Of a DNA stretch of 64,000 bases, positions 24,050-33,521 are shown piece by piece; position 1 is the first letter of the stretch, and every line of letters begins with the position of its first letter. Made by a program: the position numbers and the translations under genes. A model generated the notes under the pieces. That model saw nothing but the letters and a program-made list of their open reading frames with translations. It had not been told where the DNA came from and did no database searches. Source of the DNA: Macrostomum hystrix (taxonomy: Eukaryota; Animalia; Platyhelminthes); NCBI GenBank assembly GCA_950097015.1, contig CATNEN010000039.1, positions 5,270,001 through 5,334,000 on the forward strand, given 5' to 3'.

Positions 24050-27000
24050 CTGGCCAAACTTAATATTAAAGATGATGATGCAGTTGCGAATAAAGACGAA
24101 GACTTCGGCGCCGAGCCTTGAGCCGCCGCTGCCGCAGCCGCTGCGGCGGCTGTTTTGGCCATAGACGAAGCGATGATCATGGGCCGTGTGGGCGTCGACT
24201 TCTCGCCTTCGCCAGCTGAGTCCTCCGAGGCGAACGCGCCCTCACTGGCATATTTGCTATCTTTAGCTGCCGCTGAGAACCCAGCGATCTGAAAACGTTT
24301 AGAAATTCAGCTTGATAAGTACAGCTACTCACACCTGCTTCAGTTTAAACAGCTCGGTAACTGACCTCTCTGGCTTCTTCAGCTTCGTCGATGGCTGCGC
24401 TGGTGCCGATAGAAACACCTGCACCGAGCGCGCCGGCTGAAGCAACGGAAGCCGACGTTGGCGTCACCGAGTCGCTATCAAGAAAGTCGGTCTCAACATC
24501 TGGCAGAGAACCCCGATTATTGCCAGGGGAAGCAACAGCAGTAGCAGATGCCGCTGGATCGTTGCCGCCATGGACACCAACGCCGTCGGCTTCACCGTCA
24601 TTTTCAGCCGGCTCGGAGCCGCACTGCCGCAGGAGCTCGGAGCCGATTGGCCAGATTCGCAGAGTGCCGTCACGTGACAGGCTGACAAGTGAGTAGCCGT
24701 GACCAGTCTGGCGCCAGTCAAAGCCATAGACAGTGTCCTTGTGACCAATGAAGCTGTACACTCGCATCAGGCAATCGTCTCGATTGGTCCACAGCGTCAG
24801 AGAATCGGCTCGCCTAAGATTTTACGAGTAGCAGCGAAATGAAAATGCGTCAAAACTAGCTACTATGAGTAGGCTAATTGCGCTGCTTTTTTGTTAAGTT
24901 ACAAACCTTGTGAACCCGGTGACTGCCGCAATACCGCCTCGAAACGGTGCAAACCTGGCCCTATGAAAAGCCAACTCGTCTGTGGCACCCTCAGCTAGCA
25001 GTTTCAATCCGGCTGTTTCAGCCTCCGAGTCCCACAGTTTGACTCGAGCATCCTGTGAGCAGGTCAGCAATAGATCTCCGGACCAATCTAGGTCGCGAAT
25101 CTTGCTCAGGTGAGCAGTCTGGTACTTCAGCGGCAGCCGAATTAGCGGCTCAGAATTCGAGCGCTCCTTGCGCAAATCCCAAATCCGGACATCTGGATCG
25201 TGCGACGTGGCCAGCTGGTGCTCGCAGCCGTCCGACCAGCGGACCTCGGAGGCGCCGAGAACGCTCTGGAGGATGACAGCCGGTCTTGTGGGTGCGCGCA
25301 GATCCCACACGCAGCAGGCCTGCAAATGTTGGCGGGCGATTCTAAGAAATTCTAAGAATATAATGACAAGCAAATATCCTTTTGCCCCCCTGAGCAAACA
25401 CTCACACAGGTGTGGACATCTGTCCGGACTTTTTACTACTTAGGCAGTCGCGTTGACTCTCACACTGAATTGGAGCTTGGCCCTAAAGAGGCGCAAATTT
25501 TACGAAAATCTTCCAAGCTTGTGGCCTCTCAAAAAATGAATGTGGCCTCGCCGCGGAATCGAGGTCAGAGACCTTGGTGGGAGAGGTAAACACAAAGCAT
25601 CAAAGCGCTTGATTTGATAGGGTTCGCAATCGCGAAAAGTACAAGGAAATAGCACGGGATTTCCATGGCCGAATAGTTAAAGGTCAACTAACCTGAGCGC
25701 CATCGATGCAGCAGGTGGCCAACAGATTCGGCCGGAGACGGCTCCAGTCCTGCGAGCTGATGCTGCGCGAGTGACCTTTCAGACTGGTGACGCAGGTGGG
25801 CGTTGCGCCGCCGTCCAGGCCGCAGTCGAACACTTGGCAGACATTGTTGCGCTACGGGAAAGTGAAAATTTTTCATTGGAATTTTAACTCTGATCTATGA
25901 CGTAGCGAGCTGGATTTTCGGTGAGAAACACAAATGTGTCAACTTAAGGCTCTGGAATGGAACCCGAGGTCAGTGCTCAAACCAAACCAACTGAAACCAG
26001 TAGCTGGAAACGCAGTTTCCAGTCGACTAGAAACGCGGAGTCATCACACCCCAGTCATTCATGTGCTAACCTGGGGTTTATATGCGACCAGCCTCCTATT
26101 TGCCTCAAGCTGCCACGAAATTATTGTTTTCTCCCATTTATCCCCGAGCCAGGGTACCATAAATAATAATTGATTACACACCCCAATTGGGTCAGATGTG
26201 CAGCCGACAGCACAGCCGCAGATAATGCGCGGCGCATCTGAAAGCTGCGTACAGCTGTTCAGTCCATGGACTGGGGGGACGCCACACCCACCTTCAATTA
26301 TCCCAGCTGATGCTGGTACCCATTTAACAGCTGGGTGAACTGAAGCAGAGTTAAGTGTCTTGCTAAAGGACGCAAATTGTTCCAGTGGAGTCGGGAATCG
26401 AACCCCCGACCTTTAAGTCGTGAGTCCGACGCTCTAACCACTAGGCTACAACCTCTTGGCTACAACAGGGTACCATGGATAGGACTAGGTGAGATGTCTC
26501 GGCGTTTATTTTCGAAAAAAAGTATAATAATAGTTGATTACACCTGCCCCGATTGGGCAAGATGTGCAACCGACAGCACAGGCGCAGCTATTGCGCGGCG
26601 CATCTGAAGTCTGAAGGTACAGCTGTTCAGTCCACGGACTAGGGGACGCCACACCCACTCTCAATTACCCCAGCTAATGCTGGTACCCACAAATGGTTGA
26701 ACCGAAGCAATGCAGAGTTAAGTGTCTTGCTAAAGGACACAAATTGCTCCAGTGGAGTTGGGAATCGAACCCCCGACCTTTAAGTCGGGAGTCCAACGCT
26801 CTAACCACAAGGCTACAACCTCCTGGTCGAATGAATGTCGAGTGGATTGACCAGCTACTGATTTCAGGTTTGGTTTGACCACTGGTTCCATTCTAGAGCC
26901 TTAAGTTGACTCTCCTTTTGGCACTATTTAGACTCCCCAGGCTCAGAGTACAATGCAAATACAGTATAGAATATTATACTCACAGCGGCCATGAAGTACT

Positions 27001-27510
27001 TGGAGGTGCTGGCATCCGCCAGCTTCTGCCAGACAGCGCAGTGCACATCCCACTTTGTGTCACTCTGCAGCCGCTTTACTATCAGCTGATCATCAAAATT
27101 GTACAAGACAATCTCACGCTTGCTGTTAAATAATAGTTCAAGTTGGAAAGTACATTAGTAGTACAGCAGTTAAAATTATAAGTAATGAGAGCTGATTAGA
27201 AGAGAAGGTACAAGAAAGTTTTACAAACTGATAACAAATCTAAAACAAGACCATAACTTTAAAATATAAAACGCAATTAAATTAATTGAAAAAAGATTAA
27301 TTAAATAGCTATGATAATCAAGATCATAACAATATTTCTTTGTTTTAGGTCATTTTTGATCTATTTCAAATGCACTTTAAAACAAGTTTTTCTAGCAAAA
27401 GGGACTTACCATCCTAGGATACCAAACTTTCCTGATGAATCAACAGACACTGAAGATGAATTGGACAGGCTCACTGATTTTAGCTCAATACATTTTGATA
27501 GTGACTCCAT
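15386..27510 (-). CDS. WDR59: GATOR2 complex subunit WDR59 (multi-exon)
   Basis: Approximate exons: 27510-27410, 27122-26984, 25851-25693, 25319-24907, 24813-24366, 24288-23874, 23051-22693, 22333-21840, several further exons ~21700-16680, and last exon 15878-15386. It has WD40 repeats (KWDVHCAVW, GHSRSISSQDW, GHKDTVYGFDW), an RWD-like segment, NIPFPRTCGA, RYASLLYCWGL and the C-terminal RING CSVC...CLTCGHGGH...WF...CPTACGCHC. Confidence 0.9.
16085..16625. repeat. ~30-bp purine-rich intronic minisatellite (gattagagggtgggatcagtgaagattgag)
   Basis: Lies in a WDR59 intron. Confidence 0.9.
17085..17410 (-). mobile_element. SINE family B copy (tRNA-like head, (TAT)n tail, internal 23-bp triplication)
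   Basis: Shares ggttggccctcaa...acgacaa...aagccttc...ggctgcgcccc...cggaatcgagctcagggacc with the copies at ~25380, ~32260 and ~58655. A B-box-like GCTCGATTCC lies on the minus strand. Confidence 0.7.
17439..18120. repeat. 21-bp minisatellite (atgggagataggaatagagac), ~32 copies
   Basis: Lies in a WDR59 intron and is almost pure pyrimidine on the sense strand. Confidence 0.95.
20361..20610. repeat. 78-bp tandem repeat x~3
   Basis: Units start at 20361, 20439, 20517 and 20595 (partial). Confidence 0.9.
20938..21483. repeat. ~23-bp intronic minisatellite (gggatggaatctggctgtaaata / gggatggaatctgactgtatatt)
   Basis: Two alternating variants in a WDR59 intron. Confidence 0.9.
23130..23790. repeat. 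~28-29-bp intronic minisatellite (gagatttcagacacctgaaggattaggg)
   Basis: Fills most of WDR59 intron 23052-23873. Confidence 0.9.
25380..25610 (-). mobile_element. SINE family B, diverged copy
   Basis: Similar to 17085-17410 and 32260-32505 (gccgcggaatcgag, ttggccct, gtgtggacatctgtcc). Confidence 0.55.
26161..26465 (-). mobile_element. SINE family A, full-length copy with 11-bp TSD
   Basis: It has a tRNA-derived head (TAGCCTAGTGG A box, GGTTCGATTCC B box), a CORE-like body (gtcctttagcaagacacttaac...cagctgttaaatgggtacc) and an (ATT)n tail. The direct repeat CAGGGTACCAT lies at 26150-26160 and 26466-26476. Confidence 0.85.
26525..26822 (-). mobile_element. SINE family A, second copy in the same WDR59 intron
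   Basis: Collinear with and highly similar to 26161-26455. Confidence 0.85.
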
Positions 27511-29874
27511 AGCTGCAACTGTTTTTGCAAATTCAGCTTATAAAATATAGAACAGTTATAAAAGCATTTTAATTTATTTCAAACAAGAAACAAAAATATA
27601 ATGGGAAAGCCCTTATGTAGGCCTATGAGTAATATTTATATAAACATAAAAATAACAGACTAAAACTTAAAATATAGACTAAGAAGCGAAAATGTCTGAA
27701 ATTTATCTTACAAATCCTAAATGCTCCTAGCTACCATTCATCAACAAAGCTAACATAAAAGGGAATAAAATTATGTTCCTATTGCAAATTGAATTTAACC
27801 CATTTTATAAACAACATTGCATTCATTTAGAATAAAATCCTGCATAGACCTAGCTGAAACCTAAAAGTAGCTAACCAGATTTAAATACCAAATATCTACA
27901 TGTCCAGCATAGGAGGCAGAGATGAATAAAATGTAGCTATGTATTAAAAACATTATATGTCTTACTATCCTTATGAAAATCATTGAAATAACAGAATCAT
28001 CAGCCTCACAAGCTCTAATATTAATATGCCTAAACTATAGTAGCCATGCTGTATTACTACCATCTACCTGCCTGGTGCAATACAATCAATATGCAATATA
28101 TAATAAGTATTTCATTTCAATTACGATATGTGATTGATGGAGTTTATTATTATTAAAAAAACAGAAAATAAAAGGTTTTTTTCATTCCCAACAGTTTTGT
28201 CTGCGCCATATTTATAAATTATGCCGTTCTATTCTGTTCTTCAAGAATGAACCTAGCTCAGTTTTCTTTGATAATTATAGTTTTAAAAAGTCGACCTAAA
28301 GCTTATACATTGTAAAACAAAACTTTGCTAACAGAAAGTTAAATTAATAGTTCAAAGCTTAAAAACGTGCCAATTTTTTTAAAATAATAAAGATAGAAAA
28401 CTTTTAGGCAGTTTTTGTAGCGCATCTAATTGGCTCAGTGAGAAGTGGGCGGCGGCTGTGGCGACGGCGAGGTGGTGCTGTAATTAGGCCGAAGCTTCAG
28501 GCGACACGAGGCCGGCTCAGGCTGTCAAACGACGAGGTAATAAGGCCGTCACAAGTCCAGGTCACTCAGCGGGTCCCAGCACGGACGAGCTGAGTCAGAC
28601 GAAGAGTCAGATAGGTTTCTGATGGTTCCGTTCCGAAAGGCTGTTTCAGACTTACGGAACGGAACGGAAACAATCAGATCACATGCTTCGCCAGCCGGAC
28701 GGTGATTGGTTGGGAAGGGAGTGGGGTGGGCGCAGGGGAGGATTTATGATCTAAATGGGTGAAAGTTGACAAATTTCGTAATGATTTACGCCATAAGAAA
28801 TAGGGAATGGAATTAAAACGACAGGCGCAAAAAGGAGTTTTATTTACTACTATTACAAACATAGGGAGACGGGAGGGAGAGGGGTGCGCATTGGAAAACC
28901 GAAAAAGTGGGTGAAATGGAGGGAGGTGTGTAAACTTGACTGGGGAAAAACCCCAAAAATATAAAAGATTTGCGACCGAGTCATCATGTTGGTGTTTAAG
29001 GTCGTTATAGGAAAGTGGAAAGGGGAATTATTAGGATAATTAATTGACTAGCCAAAGAAGATTACTACCTCCTAAAAAGTCGCTGTTACATCACTAATTA
29101 CATTGGGGACAAATGAAGAAGAGTTGCAGCAGTTATAGCAGCATTCAATAGAAACTGCTGAAGGTTATTATCACCCGTCGTCCTTGCTGAATGAACACGA
29201 ACAGTTGGAAGTTTAAACCCTTAAGCTTACACCCATGGAGTAAGGGTGGGGCCGGGTGTTGAGTGTTTAAACGCTCGAATTCCATATTCACTCATACTAG
29301 CAAACATTATTCAATCCTAGTTCAATTTCATAGCATAAGTGCCTGAGGAGCTAAAAAATTTAATTATCCTTTCGTTCTGGCAGATAAAGCTTTTTTTCTT
29401 TGCGGCCTTTTAACCAGATTTTGCCGTAGAAAGCACTCGTAAAGTTTATGTTTGTCTATATTCCCAATAATTGTCTATAATTATCTATATTTGGTGTTAC
29501 GACCTTGGATCAATAAAATGGTTGATTGTATGACAGTGCAACATAAATCCACAGGGGAACCATTGATACTGTAAAATAAAATATAGTATAGCATAAACCC
29601 ACAGAGCATAGATCCTCTAATCAGATTAACAGTGTATCATAAATACTCAGAAAATTAAATGGCCCATGTAAGCACATCACCCATGGAAGCACATCGCCCA
29701 TGTAAGTTGGGCGATGTAAGCAAATGCTATGGAATAAATTTGTAATTTAGCTGTCTTTGGGAGGACTGCGTTTGAGAGACCGAGCGTTTGAATGGCACAG
29801 AGCGATAGTCTATGGGCCAAACGGCGCCAACTGGCTGGATTAATTCTATGGGGGCTGAGTATGAATGACAAAAC

Positions 29875-31007
29875 CAAGGACAACTTGATAACTCAGGACG
29901 GGAAACGAGCCAATTCATGGCGAAAAAAGTATGAGGCTCATTGCTGCATGACCCTTCCCTAGCTAGGTCATGCATCTAGACATAGACTAGACTAGACATA
30001 GGTCATGCATCTGCTGGAGTGACTAGACATAAGTCATACGAGCGTATGCCGCTTAAACGAGTGGACGTGTTGCATTTTTTAGTTAAAAGAATAAGCTATA
30101 TGATTGTATTTTTCTTATTACTCTCGAAATAAGAAGTTTGCGCATTTCATATTTTCGTTTCCTAAACATGCAACTGAACGAGAGGCTTGGCGACTGTCTC
30201 TGCCTAATCAACTGACGGTAAGACTTTCTTCAAATGTGCTTTTCGAATCTGATTTAGCGTGGCCACATGAATTCATTAACAATTTTGTTGTTGTTTAGAC
30301 CGTGACAGACTACATGGGCGTGTGTGCTAAGCACTGGCCTCAAGATGCACCAATGATAAAAAAGGGAAGAAATGAAAGGCCGCTACATTCACCATCAGTT
30401 TTCGACGGAGTCCCGCAGTCCTGCCTGGTTCAAACACAAGTTTTGTGAATATCTACTGCTTTAATTCAAATATTCGAGCGGATTTGTACTGCATCGAATA
30501 GGGTCGAAACGAAACACTAAGATGCGTGCTGGGATATTGCAGTGCGTGCCAGTCGACAGGCTGAGGGAAGGGGCGTGCTGTTGTCCGAACGATGCCTTTT
30601 CCAAGATGAACTAGTCGAATTTCGAGAGCGTGACACGCTGTCATTGTGGACTGAATTTCGAGCAACCATTCACCGTTCAGACGTCATCTGTTTGCAGTTC
30701 AGATTGAGAAAGAATCGTAAATTTTTCTCGAGTTTCCTTATACATGTGCTGCATGTACAGCTTTCCCATTGTGCATTTTCACCACGTTTACTTTATGCAA
30801 TAAAACTATTCAACATTTAAGAAAACCGACCCTGCACCCGCGTTCTGACTGCCTATCAAAAAGTCAAATATGATACGAGAATACATTGGCAACTGAAAGC
30901 ATGCGCATAAGGATGGGCCATAGAACAATGCTTTTAAACGAGCCTCATACCCTTTTCACCTGCATGAATTGGCTCGTTTCCGGTCCTGGGTTATCAAGTT
31001 GTCCCTG
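29875..31007 (+). mobile_element. Internally deleted P-element-type DNA transposon with THAP domain remnant
   Basis: It has ~65-bp imperfect TIRs (CAAGGACAACTTGATAAC... / ...GTTATCAAGTTGTCCCTG) and a perfect 8-bp TSD GACAAAAC (29867-29874, 31008-31015). Internal fragments FSFPKHATEREAWRLSLP and VCAKHW...SPSVF resemble a THAP zinc finger. Confidence 0.8.
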
Positions 31008-32259
31008 GACAAAACACTGAGATTGAATGGCAAAAGCTATAGTATTGTAAAACGATTTTCGATTCCCGAGTCCTGACCATAGACTATGCATTAAAAACGT
31101 GCACTAAACGCCCCGCGGTCCCTAATTGGCTAAAATTGCATTAAATGCACACTTTTGACATTTTTTGGCACAGACAAAATTACTAGCACAGTCAAGCACG
31201 TACAATTAATAAGGCTCGTAAAGTACAAGAAGAGCTGCGGAAATTCGACAATTATGGCACTACCTGCATCTGCATGCATACACTACTAGATTGAACGGAC
31301 CCAAACATGGAACAAAACGTGTTCGAAGGTCTAATTCAAACAATTTGCTTTCAAAACAAATCGCTACATACAAATACTGTATTAGCCATGTCCAATGCAA
31401 CAGTCTATACGGTGATCGCGACACGAACCTCGAACCTTACATTCCTACCACTGTCTCTGATAAAAAGCAACGCAACTTTATCGAAACTGAGGAAAGCCTA
31501 AAACAGAAAATCCTTAGCTGAGACTTTGACAAAACAGAACACGTGAGACATGCCGTGTAGTTGGAATTGGACCAAAGACGCAATAAAGTCAATAAAAGGA
31601 AACTGTAACATGCATGCCACTATTAGAGTCTTCCAAGTTGAGATATTTCCGAATTTGAAAAAAAAAATGTGAGATATAAAATTTTCCGGCTTAAAAACCG
31701 TTGAATGTGGGCATGTAAAACAAACGATTGTGTCTCTGACTTGTCAAAACACATATCTAAGCTGCTGAGCTTGTATCAAATATTTTTCCTATCGGAAGCA
31801 AGCTCGGTGGTTACGACTTTCTCTCAACCCCTGAACTGTAGTACTTGTCGTTGCCAAGAATGCTCCAGTTTCCGTTGTCAGTTGCAAAAAGCCTGCACCT
31901 GCAGATCAGGACTGGTGCCAGATTATCGATGTATGTTAGCTGGAGTTGGTTAAACCTGCGTTGTGCTAAACAAGAAGTGATCCACACTTTTTAGAGCTTC
32001 AAATTTTTTATAACTTTAGAAAGTTTTCGAAAAATTAACAGTTACGTAGCTTTGTTTGCTTTGAAACTCAGGGCTGCGGCTAATTCGTAGTGATATCAAA
32101 CTCATGTCCATACTATCGAATAACTTTCTCCCACAGTAAAAAACGGTTTAAGCTGTAAATAGCATTAATAGTAGTTCGCCGCATAAAAATATTATTTGCA
32201 CAAAGGGCTGTGGGCGCCAACTGGGTACATCATTTGGCGACAGTCGACCTGCAGCCAGC

Positions 32260-32505
32260 GAGGAGGCATTTCTGCCTATTCCGCTAGCTGATTCCTGAGC
32301 ACACGCGCACACGAATTTCGCCTCGTCAGGCAGTGTACACTCTCACCGTGCCTTAATTGGAGGTTGGCCCTCAACGGCGTAAATTGCACGACAAGCCCCC
32401 AAGCCTTCCCTCCGATCGGCTGCGCCCCAAATAAATGCAGCCCTGCCGCGGAATCGAGCTTAGGTACCTCGGTGCGAGAGGCAAATACCTCGATCGCTTG
32501 ACCAA
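32260..32505 (-). mobile_element. SINE family B copy
   Basis: Homologous to the 17085-17410 and 58655-58850 copies. Confidence 0.7.
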
Positions 32506-32747
32506 AAGAAACTGACCACAGTAATATGGAAATAAAAAATCTCAAAAATAAATTTAATGTGCTGTAGTATCCCTTTGAGTCGCGCTTTGCAGAACTTGTC
32601 TATAGTTCGAGCGATCCGAGCTGCAACCAATCAAAAAGCTGAGCTAAAAATATTTTGGAAAAAAGTATTTAAACGAAACCAGCGAAGACTGGCCGCATGT
32701 TTGAATGCAACGACTAACGCCTCCTCTCTAATCTGCAAACCTACGCG

Positions 32748-33521
32748 ATGAAAGGCCTCCCGGATGCCAGCAGTTGGCTTGGCCAGCTCGGCTTTTACCT
32801 GTTGCTTCTCTGCTTCTTAGGCCCCGGAGCATTGGCTCAGCCGATGGTGTCAACGCGAGTCCAAATAGGCTGCTCAAAAACCGGCCCCGTCAATAATGCA
32901 ACCATCGGAGATTTCAACGGTCTGGCGGGACTGGAAAAGATCGGTCCATACGTGGTTACTGATTCAATGTTTGGCATCGTATCTCTGGACAACCTGACTA
33001 TTGACATTTGTAGCGATGTTTGCGCGACGGGCCGGCTTCCTTACTTTGGGTTAATGGATGGCACTCAATGCTTCTGTGCGTTCGCTTACCAAACTGAAAA
33101 ATTCATTGGCAATGTGGCACCCTGTAACACGAATTGCGGTGGAAATTCATCTCAGAAATGCGGTGGAAGTAACAAAATTCTTCTGTTTCAAAATAACTAC
33201 AAAATCGGTGAGTTCGATTCTGTACTTTTTGTCCTTTTTCAGTTAGTTGTATTTTTATGCATAATTTTAGCCACGGGAACCTACAAGCCGGTGGTCCCAA
33301 CCGCTTCCATCATCACTGGAACACTTTCGAACGCTACTTTCTGGAGCCAGAAGGTCACTGAGACCTTCGAGTGCTTCGCCGCTTGCCACCGCAATCAGGA
33401 CTGCCTCGCATGCGCGTTCGCGCCGTCAAGCCAGGTGTGTCGCCTCATGAGGTTCGCCGCTGTGCCCAGCGAGGTCGCCAGTGGGGTCCAGCGAGTGTGG
33501 ATGAAGCTTTATGACCGCTAG
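32748..33521 (+). CDS. Secreted WSC-domain + PAN/Apple-domain protein (2 exons)
   Basis: join(32748-33207,33271-33521). It has a signal peptide, the WSC pattern LTIDICSDVC...YFGLMDGTQCFC...CNTNCGGNSSQKCGG, and the C-terminal PAN pattern ECFAACHRNQDCLACAF...VCRL. Confidence 0.85.
   Translation: MKGLPDASSWLGQLGFYLLLLCFLGPGALAQPMVSTRVQIGCSKTGPVNNATIGDFNGLAGLEKIGPYVVTDSMFGIVSLDNLTIDICSDVCATGRLPYFGLMDGTQCFCAFAYQTEKFIGNVAPCNTNCGGNSSQKCGGSNKILLFQNNYKIGEFDSVLFVLFQLVVFLCIILATGTYKPVVPTASIITGTLSNATFWSQKVTETFECFAACHRNQDCLACAFAPSSQVCRLMRFAAVPSEVASGVQRVWMKLYDR

Noticed and set aside
26385-26455. tRNA genes at SINE heads (also 26750-26822, 39991-40060, 40345-40415, 52240-52305, 58980-59055)
   Set aside because: A/B boxes are present but the anticodon and acceptor stems do not pair, and most continue into a shared SINE body.
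29691-29717. Perfect 10-bp hairpin ACATCGCCCA...TGGGCGATGT as a Helitron end or terminator
   Set aside because: There is no CTRR terminus at the expected distance, and it is part of a small local 17-bp duplication.
31291-31521. Possible transposase remnant next to the P-like element
   Set aside because: It is short, lies outside the TIRs and has no motif I can recognise.
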